Assembly: GCA_043228905.1 (NCBI GenBank)
Contig: JBHGNT010000018.1
Coordinates: 6,696,001 to 6,760,000 of the forward strand
DNA: 64,000 nt
Direction: 5' to 3'
Origin: Azolla caroliniana
Taxonomy: Eukaryota > Plantae > Polypodiophyta
The first letter of the stretch is position 1. Every line of letters starts with the position of its first letter. The translations under genes and the position numbers were made by a program. The notes beneath the pieces were generated by a model. The model was not told the origin of the DNA. It was given only the letters and a program-made list of their open reading frames with translations, and ran no database searches. Positions 1-9,686 of the stretch are shown here, one piece after another.

Positions 1-2
1 AG

Positions 3-440
3 AGCACTGAATCGGTAAAAACCGATCAACCGAGTCCGGATCGACCGAATACAAATCGGAAAGGAAGCCGAACTAAACGAAAGACGATCCGACGAGACCG
101 AATCGGAAGTAAGCTAATCCGACTAAACCGAAAATCCGAAAAGAAGTCGAGATTGATGAAGAAAAGAAAGAGGGCGAGAAAAGATACTACCGCGGATGAC
201 AAGGACCAAACGGGCCATGCAAAAAGCGAACGAAGACTATGGTGGATCGGATGTCGACAATGGTTCGGGTGGAAAGAATGGATGTGCTCCAAATGGAGAG
301 ACAAAGTCAACATAACAAGAGAAGTCGAGGGTACTACGAGCCGGCAACGAAACCAATCGGGTAGAGACCGGACGGAGGAGACTAACAAACACCAACAACT
401 TCGGCACATACCGGAGGATGTGCGGGTTTGGAGGGGGTGA
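3..440 (+). CDS. C-terminal part of the array Gag-like ORF (partial unit at window edge)
   Basis: Identical to the 3' end of the 702-aa ORFs. Confidence 0.7.
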   Translation, partial: STESVKTDQPSPDRPNTNRKGSRTKRKTIRRDRIGSKLIRLNRKSEKKSRLMKKRKRARKDTTADDKDQTGHAKSERRLWWIGCRQWFGWKEWMCSKWRDKVNITREVEGTTSRQRNQSGRDRTEETNKHQQLRHIPEDVRVWRG

Positions 441-441
441 G
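430..441 (+). promoter_or_regulatory. Polypurine tract, repeated every 2817 bp
   Basis: GGAGGGGGTGAG immediately 5' of the LTR start TGTCATAG; overlaps the ORF stop codon. Confidence 0.85.
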
Positions 442-1197
442 TGTCATAGTGTATTTTGTACACTACGTGAAAAACGTATATAGTATTAGATTCAATAAAA
501 AATGAAGAAATAGAAGAAAATAGCAAAATAAATGGAACATGCATAGGGCAAGATTCGAACCTTGCACCTCCATGTTAATAATGTAATGTCTTACCATTAC
601 ACTAGCATTTCATTAGTGTTAAAGTATAGATGTCCCACATAGAAAGGTAAATTCACGCTAGGATAAACATTAGAAAAACGCATAACAAAAGAAAAAGCTA
701 CACATACACATCTAGCGTGCATGATAAAAAACGCACAAGTTAGAAAAAAGCATGATCACTTTAGATAAAGCATATAGTCTATCTATAGGAAAAGCATGGG
801 GTCTATAGTTAGAGAAAAAGCATGGATTACTAAGACTTTCTCATCACTACATAAGGATGGGGAGCACAATGTAATAGGCGTGTGAAATATTTGGAAATTG
901 GATATATTTCCGAAAACACCAACCGATTAATATAATCGTGGGATTCACGAAAATAATATAATCTATACTTGTGGGATTCACAAGTTTCTTATATCTTTCT
1001 TTCAATCTAAATACATATTCTTATCTAAATATTGATTAATCGAATACAATACACTCGTGGGATTCACGAAATTTCTATCTCTCTTTCTAATAATCTATTC
1101 ATTACTAGCCTCATCTCATATTCTTCTTTCTCCTAGTCCAAAACCCCAGTGGTTCCCACCCGACTCACGCAACGATCCGCAGCCGAAAGGCACGACA
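442..1197 (+). repeat. LTR copy 1 (756 bp)
   Basis: TGTCATAG...CACGACA termini, preceded by PPT and followed by PBS. Confidence 0.93.
541..606 (-). promoter_or_regulatory. tRNA-like A-box/B-box module inside U3, antisense to the LTR, present in all six array LTRs
   Basis: Minus strand reads GCTAGTGTAATGGTAAG...GGAGGTGCAAGGTTCGAATCTTGCCCTATGC: A box TAGTGTAATGG, B box GGTTCGAATC in a GCAAG/CTTGC stem, tRNA-like spacing, T4 run downstream. Confidence 0.7.
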
Positions 1198-1201
1198 CAG
1201 T

Positions 1202-1219
1202 TGGTGAACCCGACGTGAA
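1202..1219 (+). promoter_or_regulatory. Primer-binding site complementary to tRNA-Trp (repeated in each unit)
   Basis: TGGTGAACCCGACGTGAA is the reverse complement of the plant tRNA-Trp(CCA) 3' end TTCACGTCGGGTTCACCA (recalled sequence); begins 4 nt after the LTR. Confidence 0.88.
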
Positions 1220-1235
1220 GGCGGGTGGCAAGGAG

Positions 1236-3257
1236 ATGGAGAATCAACAAGAGGCAATGAGTATAACGATGATGATGATGTTCGAGCGGATGCTACAAGA
1301 ACAACGAGTGATGTCGGAGATCACGGCGGTAGTAAAGCGGCTCGTACAACGAAACGGACAATTCAACGGAAACGATCTGTCACGCTATCTACATGACTAC
1401 AAGGCAGAGATGATACGATGTGGGATACCGGAAGGATTGCAAGTGACATCCTTCAATCGGGTGGCCACGGATGAGCTACAAGAGAGAATCCACAAGATAC
1501 GGCAACAAAACTCGACATGGGGATCATTCGAAGAAGCTTTACGAGAGGCATATGATTACAAGAGATCGAAGGGAAAAGATCGGCGAGAATTCGACGAATG
1601 GGTGGCATCGGAGAAGACCCACCGAAGTGCAACACAAGCATTCCTAGAGTTCGAGCATCGTTTTGCTCGACTCTCGGAGCGGGAACGAAGATTGGTGGGA
1701 GAAGATAAAGTCTTAATGTTCGTAAGATCGATCGATCGGAAAGAAAGGATGGACATTGGGATCGAACTCGAAGATGATGACGGTGCGAACGGCCTTACCG
1801 AAGATTGGGCCGAAGTCCAAAGGGTATGCCGGAGACATGATAAGAGGAAGATGAGAATCTTGTCAACAACATGGCCGATGAAGGATGGTCGATTGAAGAC
1901 AAACGATGGAGCCGATATGAAGGCCGAAATACAACATGATGGTGCGACGGAAGAGGGTGTAAAACAAGCTACCCTCTTGTCTTGTGAAAGAACGATGGCG
2001 AAGGATAAGGCCGATAATTCAAGTGTAGAAGGAAATTTCGGGATACAAGTGCCCGAGACATCGGGTCAAAAAGGGGTAAGCATAATAGATGTTTGCATAA
2101 TTGATGCAGATAAAGAGTGTGAAGCGGATGTGATTAAGGAGGTAGCCACAAAAGACGAAATCGAATCGGAGGTGGCTATGGACGAATCAATGGCGGATTG
2201 CCATATCGAGACTTCCCCAGCACTGATTCCAGAGACTCCGGCGGTTGCGATCGAAAGGCAACGTGAGACCGAAGAGACGGAAGGTGGTGGAGAGAAAACG
2301 AATGTCGAAGCCGACGAATACGATGAAGAGATAGCCGAGAAGAATGCTAAGGGTGAAACTACGAAAGAAGGTAAAACCGAGGATTCATGCCAACAATATC
2401 TAGAGACTTCGGCGGTTGTGTCCGAGAACCAACGTGAGACCGGAGAGACGGGAGATGGCGGCGAGGAAGGTAAAGTCGGAAGTCGGTTCGGATGGAAAAT
2501 GATCCATCCGAAATTCCAATCTAAAAGAAAGTGTGACAATGCGGAGGTCGGGTCTACGACGGGAGAAGCGCGTAATACAGAGCACGCTCTACGGCGAATA
2601 AAGAAACGCGTGTTATGGCGAATAAAGAAGCACGCGCTACGGCGAGAAAAGAAGCATGCATTACAACCACACGAGGACCGAACAACGAGCACATATCGGA
2701 GGACCTACGTAGCGAACAACGGAAAGAAGTGCCGAAAGTCGAACCGGACAAGGCAGGTGAAAACGAAGAAAAGAAAGCAAATCCGGACGAAAAGAAAAGA
2801 AAAGAAACCGACCCGAAAGAGCACTGAATCGGTAAAAACCGATCAACCGAGTCCGGATCGACCGAATACAAATCGGAAAGGAAGCCGAACTAAACGAAAG
2901 ACGATCCGACGAGACCGAATCGGAAGTAAGCTAATCCGACTAAACCGAAAATCCGAAAAGAAGTCGAGATTGATGAAGAAAAGAAAGAGGGCGAGAAAAG
3001 ATACTACCGCGGATGACAAGGACCAAACGGGCCATGCAAAAAGCGAACGAAGACTATGGTGGATCGGATGTCGACAATGGTTCGGGTGGAAAGAATGGAT
3101 GTGCTCCAAATGGAGAGACAAAGTCAACATAACAAGAGAAGTCGAGGGTACTACGAGCCGGCAACGAAACCAATCGGGTAGAGACCGGACGGAGGAGACT
3201 AACAAACACCAACAACTTCGGCACATACCGGAGGATGTGCGGGTTTGGAGGGGGTGA
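1236..3257 (+). CDS. gag: Gag-like protein (~673 aa from the first ATG after the PBS): capsid-like N-terminus, then acidic and K/R-rich tails; no PR/RT/RH/IN
   Basis: FNGNDLSRYL...WGSFEEALREAY...FEHRF pattern typical of Ty3/Gypsy capsid. Homologous fragment at 51966-52445. The GTG start at 1149 lies in the LTR, so the ATG at 1236 is preferred. Confidence 0.75.
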   Translation: MENQQEAMSITMMMMFERMLQEQRVMSEITAVVKRLVQRNGQFNGNDLSRYLHDYKAEMIRCGIPEGLQVTSFNRVATDELQERIHKIRQQNSTWGSFEEALREAYDYKRSKGKDRREFDEWVASEKTHRSATQAFLEFEHRFARLSERERRLVGEDKVLMFVRSIDRKERMDIGIELEDDDGANGLTEDWAEVQRVCRRHDKRKMRILSTTWPMKDGRLKTNDGADMKAEIQHDGATEEGVKQATLLSCERTMAKDKADNSSVEGNFGIQVPETSGQKGVSIIDVCIIDADKECEADVIKEVATKDEIESEVAMDESMADCHIETSPALIPETPAVAIERQRETEETEGGGEKTNVEADEYDEEIAEKNAKGETTKEGKTEDSCQQYLETSAVVSENQRETGETGDGGEEGKVGSRFGWKMIHPKFQSKRKCDNAEVGSTTGEARNTEHALRRIKKRVLWRIKKHALRREKKHALQPHEDRTTSTYRRTYVANNGKKCRKSNRTRQVKTKKRKQIRTKRKEKKPTRKSTESVKTDQPSPDRPNTNRKGSRTKRKTIRRDRIGSKLIRLNRKSEKKSRLMKKRKRARKDTTADDKDQTGHAKSERRLWWIGCRQWFGWKEWMCSKWRDKVNITREVEGTTSRQRNQSGRDRTEETNKHQQLRHIPEDVRVWRG

Positions 3258-3258
3258 G

Positions 3259-4014
3259 TGTCATAGTGTATTTTGTACACTACGTGAAAAACGTATATAG
3301 TATTAGATTCAATAAAAAATGAAGAAATAGAAGAAAATAGCAAAATAAATGGAACATGCATAGGGCAAGATTCGAACCTTGCACCTCCATGTTAATAATG
3401 TAATGTCTTACCATTACACTAGCATTTCATTAGTGTTAAAGTATAGATGTCCCACATAGAAAGGTAAATTCACGCTAGGATAAACATTAGAAAAACGCAT
3501 AACAAAAGAAAAAGCTACACATACACATCTAGCGTGCATGATAAAAAACGCACAAGTTAGAAAAAAGCATGATCACTTTAGATAAAGCATATAGTCTATC
3601 TATAGGAAAAGCATGGGGTCTATAGTTAGAGAAAAAGCATGGATTACTAAGACTTTCTCATCACTACATAAGGATGGGGAGCACAATGTAATAGGCGTGT
3701 GAAATATTTGGAAATTGGATATATTTCCGAAAACACCAACCGATTAATATAATCGTGGGATTCACGAAAATAATATAATCTATACTTGTGGGATTCACAA
3801 GTTTCTTATATCTTTCTTTCAATCTAAATACATATTCTTATCTAAATATTGATTAATCGAATACAATACACTCGTGGGATTCACGAAATTTCTATCTCTC
3901 TTTCTAATAATCTATTCATTACTAGCCTCATCTCATATTCTTCTTTCTCCTAGTCCAAAACCCCAGTGGTTCCCACCCGACTCACGCAACGATCCGCAGC
4001 CGAAAGGCACGACA
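3259..4014 (+). repeat. LTR copy 2
   Basis: Same sequence as 442-1197. Confidence 0.93.
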
Positions 4015-4052
4015 CAGTTGGTGAACCCGACGTGAAGGCGGGTGGCAAGGAG

Positions 4053-6074
4053 ATGGAGAATCAACAAGAGGCAATGAGTATAACGATGATGATGATGTTC
4101 GAGCGGATGCTACAAGAACAACGAGTGATGTCGGAGATCACGGCGGTAGTAAAGCGGCTCGTACAACGAAACGGACAATTCAACGGAAACGATCTGTCAC
4201 GCTATCTACATGACTACAAGGCAGAGATGATACGATGTGGGATACCGGAAGGATTGCAAGTGACATCCTTCAATCGGGTGGCCACGGATGAGCTACAAGA
4301 GAGAATCCACAAGATACGGCAACAAAACTCGACATGGGGATCATTCGAAGAAGCTTTACGAGAGGCATATGATTACAAGAGATCGAAGGGAAAAGATCGG
4401 CGAGAATTCGACGAATGGGTGGCATCGGAGAAGACCCACCGAAGTGCAACACAAGCATTCCTAGAGTTCGAGCATCGTTTTGCTCGACTCTCGGAGCGGG
4501 AACGAAGATTGGTGGGAGAAGATAAAGTCTTAATGTTCGTAAGATCGATCGATCGGAAAGAAAGGATGGACATTGGGATCGAACTCGAAGATGATGACGG
4601 TGCGAACGGCCTTACCGAAGATTGGGCCGAAGTCCAAAGGGTATGCCGGAGACATGATAAGAGGAAGATGAGAATCTTGTCAACAACATGGCCGATGAAG
4701 GATGGTCGATTGAAGACAAACGATGGAGCCGATATGAAGGCCGAAATACAACATGATGGTGCGACGGAAGAGGGTGTAAAACAAGCTACCCTCTTGTCTT
4801 GTGAAAGAACGATGGCGAAGGATAAGGCCGATAATTCAAGTGTAGAAGGAAATTTCGGGATACAAGTGCCCGAGACATCGGGTCAAAAAGGGGTAAGCAT
4901 AATAGATGTTTGCATAATTGATGCAGATAAAGAGTGTGAAGCGGATGTGATTAAGGAGGTAGCCACAAAAGACGAAATCGAATCGGAGGTGGCTATGGAC
5001 GAATCAATGGCGGATTGCCATATCGAGACTTCCCCAGCACTGATTCCAGAGACTCCGGCGGTTGCGATCGAAAGGCAACGTGAGACCGAAGAGACGGAAG
5101 GTGGTGGAGAGAAAACGAATGTCGAAGCCGACGAATACGATGAAGAGATAGCCGAGAAGAATGCTAAGGGTGAAACTACGAAAGAAGGTAAAACCGAGGA
5201 TTCATGCCAACAATATCTAGAGACTTCGGCGGTTGTGTCCGAGAACCAACGTGAGACCGGAGAGACGGGAGATGGCGGCGAGGAAGGTAAAGTCGGAAGT
5301 CGGTTCGGATGGAAAATGATCCATCCGAAATTCCAATCTAAAAGAAAGTGTGACAATGCGGAGGTCGGGTCTACGACGGGAGAAGCGCGTAATACAGAGC
5401 ACGCTCTACGGCGAATAAAGAAACGCGTGTTATGGCGAATAAAGAAGCACGCGCTACGGCGAGAAAAGAAGCATGCATTACAACCACACGAGGACCGAAC
5501 AACGAGCACATATCGGAGGACCTACGTAGCGAACAACGGAAAGAAGTGCCGAAAGTCGAACCGGACAAGGCAGGTGAAAACGAAGAAAAGAAAGCAAATC
5601 CGGACGAAAAGAAAAGAAAAGAAACCGACCCGAAAGAGCACTGAATCGGTAAAAACCGATCAACCGAGTCCGGATCGACCGAATACAAATCGGAAAGGAA
5701 GCCGAACTAAACGAAAGACGATCCGACGAGACCGAATCGGAAGTAAGCTAATCCGACTAAACCGAAAATCCGAAAAGAAGTCGAGATTGATGAAGAAAAG
5801 AAAGAGGGCGAGAAAAGATACTACCGCGGATGACAAGGACCAAACGGGCCATGCAAAAAGCGAACGAAGACTATGGTGGATCGGATGTCGACAATGGTTC
5901 GGGTGGAAAGAATGGATGTGCTCCAAATGGAGAGACAAAGTCAACATAACAAGAGAAGTCGAGGGTACTACGAGCCGGCAACGAAACCAATCGGGTAGAG
6001 ACCGGACGGAGGAGACTAACAAACACCAACAACTTCGGCACATACCGGAGGATGTGCGGGTTTGGAGGGGGTGA
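4053..6074 (+). CDS. gag: Gag-like protein, copy 2
   Basis: Identical translation. Confidence 0.75.
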   Translation: MENQQEAMSITMMMMFERMLQEQRVMSEITAVVKRLVQRNGQFNGNDLSRYLHDYKAEMIRCGIPEGLQVTSFNRVATDELQERIHKIRQQNSTWGSFEEALREAYDYKRSKGKDRREFDEWVASEKTHRSATQAFLEFEHRFARLSERERRLVGEDKVLMFVRSIDRKERMDIGIELEDDDGANGLTEDWAEVQRVCRRHDKRKMRILSTTWPMKDGRLKTNDGADMKAEIQHDGATEEGVKQATLLSCERTMAKDKADNSSVEGNFGIQVPETSGQKGVSIIDVCIIDADKECEADVIKEVATKDEIESEVAMDESMADCHIETSPALIPETPAVAIERQRETEETEGGGEKTNVEADEYDEEIAEKNAKGETTKEGKTEDSCQQYLETSAVVSENQRETGETGDGGEEGKVGSRFGWKMIHPKFQSKRKCDNAEVGSTTGEARNTEHALRRIKKRVLWRIKKHALRREKKHALQPHEDRTTSTYRRTYVANNGKKCRKSNRTRQVKTKKRKQIRTKRKEKKPTRKSTESVKTDQPSPDRPNTNRKGSRTKRKTIRRDRIGSKLIRLNRKSEKKSRLMKKRKRARKDTTADDKDQTGHAKSERRLWWIGCRQWFGWKEWMCSKWRDKVNITREVEGTTSRQRNQSGRDRTEETNKHQQLRHIPEDVRVWRG

Positions 6075-6075
6075 G

Positions 6076-6831
6076 TGTCATAGTGTATTTTGTACACTAC
6101 GTGAAAAACGTATATAGTATTAGATTCAATAAAAAATGAAGAAATAGAAGAAAATAGCAAAATAAATGGAACATGCATAGGGCAAGATTCGAACCTTGCA
6201 CCTCCATGTTAATAATGTAATGTCTTACCATTACACTAGCATTTCATTAGTGTTAAAGTATAGATGTCCCACATAGAAAGGTAAATTCACGCTAGGATAA
6301 ACATTAGAAAAACGCATAACAAAAGAAAAAGCTACACATACACATCTAGCGTGCATGATAAAAAACGCACAAGTTAGAAAAAAGCATGATCACTTTAGAT
6401 AAAGCATATAGTCTATCTATAGGAAAAGCATGGGGTCTATAGTTAGAGAAAAAGCATGGATTACTAAGACTTTCTCATCACTACATAAGGATGGGGAGCA
6501 CAATGTAATAGGCGTGTGAAATATTTGGAAATTGGATATATTTCCGAAAACACCAACCGATTAATATAATCGTGGGATTCACGAAAATAATATAATCTAT
6601 ACTTGTGGGATTCACAAGTTTCTTATATCTTTCTTTCAATCTAAATACATATTCTTATCTAAATATTGATTAATCGAATACAATACACTCGTGGGATTCA
6701 CGAAATTTCTATCTCTCTTTCTAATAATCTATTCATTACTAGCCTCATCTCATATTCTTCTTTCTCCTAGTCCAAAACCCCAGTGGTTCCCACCCGACTC
6801 ACGCAACGATCCGCAGCCGAAAGGCACGACA
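6076..6831 (+). repeat. LTR copy 3
   Basis: Same sequence as 442-1197. Confidence 0.93.
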
Positions 6832-6869
6832 CAGTTGGTGAACCCGACGTGAAGGCGGGTGGCAAGGAG

Positions 6870-8891
6870 ATGGAGAATCAACAAGAGGCAATGAGTATAA
6901 CGATGATGATGATGTTCGAGCGGATGCTACAAGAACAACGAGTGATGTCGGAGATCACGGCGGTAGTAAAGCGGCTCGTACAACGAAACGGACAATTCAA
7001 CGGAAACGATCTGTCACGCTATCTACATGACTACAAGGCAGAGATGATACGATGTGGGATACCGGAAGGATTGCAAGTGACATCCTTCAATCGGGTGGCC
7101 ACGGATGAGCTACAAGAGAGAATCCACAAGATACGGCAACAAAACTCGACATGGGGATCATTCGAAGAAGCTTTACGAGAGGCATATGATTACAAGAGAT
7201 CGAAGGGAAAAGATCGGCGAGAATTCGACGAATGGGTGGCATCGGAGAAGACCCACCGAAGTGCAACACAAGCATTCCTAGAGTTCGAGCATCGTTTTGC
7301 TCGACTCTCGGAGCGGGAACGAAGATTGGTGGGAGAAGATAAAGTCTTAATGTTCGTAAGATCGATCGATCGGAAAGAAAGGATGGACATTGGGATCGAA
7401 CTCGAAGATGATGACGGTGCGAACGGCCTTACCGAAGATTGGGCCGAAGTCCAAAGGGTATGCCGGAGACATGATAAGAGGAAGATGAGAATCTTGTCAA
7501 CAACATGGCCGATGAAGGATGGTCGATTGAAGACAAACGATGGAGCCGATATGAAGGCCGAAATACAACATGATGGTGCGACGGAAGAGGGTGTAAAACA
7601 AGCTACCCTCTTGTCTTGTGAAAGAACGATGGCGAAGGATAAGGCCGATAATTCAAGTGTAGAAGGAAATTTCGGGATACAAGTGCCCGAGACATCGGGT
7701 CAAAAAGGGGTAAGCATAATAGATGTTTGCATAATTGATGCAGATAAAGAGTGTGAAGCGGATGTGATTAAGGAGGTAGCCACAAAAGACGAAATCGAAT
7801 CGGAGGTGGCTATGGACGAATCAATGGCGGATTGCCATATCGAGACTTCCCCAGCACTGATTCCAGAGACTCCGGCGGTTGCGATCGAAAGGCAACGTGA
7901 GACCGAAGAGACGGAAGGTGGTGGAGAGAAAACGAATGTCGAAGCCGACGAATACGATGAAGAGATAGCCGAGAAGAATGCTAAGGGTGAAACTACGAAA
8001 GAAGGTAAAACCGAGGATTCATGCCAACAATATCTAGAGACTTCGGCGGTTGTGTCCGAGAACCAACGTGAGACCGGAGAGACGGGAGATGGCGGCGAGG
8101 AAGGTAAAGTCGGAAGTCGGTTCGGATGGAAAATGATCCATCCGAAATTCCAATCTAAAAGAAAGTGTGACAATGCGGAGGTCGGGTCTACGACGGGAGA
8201 AGCGCGTAATACAGAGCACGCTCTACGGCGAATAAAGAAACGCGTGTTATGGCGAATAAAGAAGCACGCGCTACGGCGAGAAAAGAAGCATGCATTACAA
8301 CCACACGAGGACCGAACAACGAGCACATATCGGAGGACCTACGTAGCGAACAACGGAAAGAAGTGCCGAAAGTCGAACCGGACAAGGCAGGTGAAAACGA
8401 AGAAAAGAAAGCAAATCCGGACGAAAAGAAAAGAAAAGAAACCGACCCGAAAGAGCACTGAATCGGTAAAAACCGATCAACCGAGTCCGGATCGACCGAA
8501 TACAAATCGGAAAGGAAGCCGAACTAAACGAAAGACGATCCGACGAGACCGAATCGGAAGTAAGCTAATCCGACTAAACCGAAAATCCGAAAAGAAGTCG
8601 AGATTGATGAAGAAAAGAAAGAGGGCGAGAAAAGATACTACCGCGGATGACAAGGACCAAACGGGCCATGCAAAAAGCGAACGAAGACTATGGTGGATCG
8701 GATGTCGACAATGGTTCGGGTGGAAAGAATGGATGTGCTCCAAATGGAGAGACAAAGTCAACATAACAAGAGAAGTCGAGGGTACTACGAGCCGGCAACG
8801 AAACCAATCGGGTAGAGACCGGACGGAGGAGACTAACAAACACCAACAACTTCGGCACATACCGGAGGATGTGCGGGTTTGGAGGGGGTGA
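6870..8891 (+). CDS. gag: Gag-like protein, copy 3
   Basis: Identical translation. Confidence 0.75.
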   Translation: MENQQEAMSITMMMMFERMLQEQRVMSEITAVVKRLVQRNGQFNGNDLSRYLHDYKAEMIRCGIPEGLQVTSFNRVATDELQERIHKIRQQNSTWGSFEEALREAYDYKRSKGKDRREFDEWVASEKTHRSATQAFLEFEHRFARLSERERRLVGEDKVLMFVRSIDRKERMDIGIELEDDDGANGLTEDWAEVQRVCRRHDKRKMRILSTTWPMKDGRLKTNDGADMKAEIQHDGATEEGVKQATLLSCERTMAKDKADNSSVEGNFGIQVPETSGQKGVSIIDVCIIDADKECEADVIKEVATKDEIESEVAMDESMADCHIETSPALIPETPAVAIERQRETEETEGGGEKTNVEADEYDEEIAEKNAKGETTKEGKTEDSCQQYLETSAVVSENQRETGETGDGGEEGKVGSRFGWKMIHPKFQSKRKCDNAEVGSTTGEARNTEHALRRIKKRVLWRIKKHALRREKKHALQPHEDRTTSTYRRTYVANNGKKCRKSNRTRQVKTKKRKQIRTKRKEKKPTRKSTESVKTDQPSPDRPNTNRKGSRTKRKTIRRDRIGSKLIRLNRKSEKKSRLMKKRKRARKDTTADDKDQTGHAKSERRLWWIGCRQWFGWKEWMCSKWRDKVNITREVEGTTSRQRNQSGRDRTEETNKHQQLRHIPEDVRVWRG

Positions 8892-8892
8892 G

Positions 8893-9648
8893 TGTCATAG
8901 TGTATTTTGTACACTACGTGAAAAACGTATATAGTATTAGATTCAATAAAAAATGAAGAAATAGAAGAAAATAGCAAAATAAATGGAACATGCATAGGGC
9001 AAGATTCGAACCTTGCACCTCCATGTTAATAATGTAATGTCTTACCATTACACTAGCATTTCATTAGTGTTAAAGTATAGATGTCCCACATAGAAAGGTA
9101 AATTCACGCTAGGATAAACATTAGAAAAACGCATAACAAAAGAAAAAGCTACACATACACATCTAGCGTGCATGATAAAAAACGCACAAGTTAGAAAAAA
9201 GCATGATCACTTTAGATAAAGCATATAGTCTATCTATAGGAAAAGCATGGGGTCTATAGTTAGAGAAAAAGCATGGATTACTAAGACTTTCTCATCACTA
9301 CATAAGGATGGGGAGCACAATGTAATAGGCGTGTGAAATATTTGGAAATTGGATATATTTCCGAAAACACCAACCGATTAATATAATCGTGGGATTCACG
9401 AAAATAATATAATCTATACTTGTGGGATTCACAAGTTTCTTATATCTTTCTTTCAATCTAAATACATATTCTTATCTAAATATTGATTAATCGAATACAA
9501 TACACTCGTGGGATTCACGAAATTTCTATCTCTCTTTCTAATAATCTATTCATTACTAGCCTCATCTCATATTCTTCTTTCTCCTAGACCAAAACCCCAG
9601 TGGTTCCCACCCGACTCACGCAACGATCCGCAGCCGAAAGGCACGACA
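8893..9648 (+). repeat. LTR copy 4 (T>A variant at 9588)
   Basis: CCTAGACCAAAA here versus CCTAGTCCAAAA in the other copies. Confidence 0.93.
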
Positions 9649-9686
9649 CAGTTGGTGAACCCGACGTGAAGGCGGGTGGCAAGGAG

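Noticed and set aside
541-606. Genuine tRNA gene
   Set aside because: A/B boxes and a T-arm are present, but I cannot fold an acceptor or anticodon stem, so it is treated as a promoter-like module
1149-1235. GTG start giving 702 aa
   Set aside because: Lies inside U5/PBS; a eukaryotic start at ATG 1236 is more plausible
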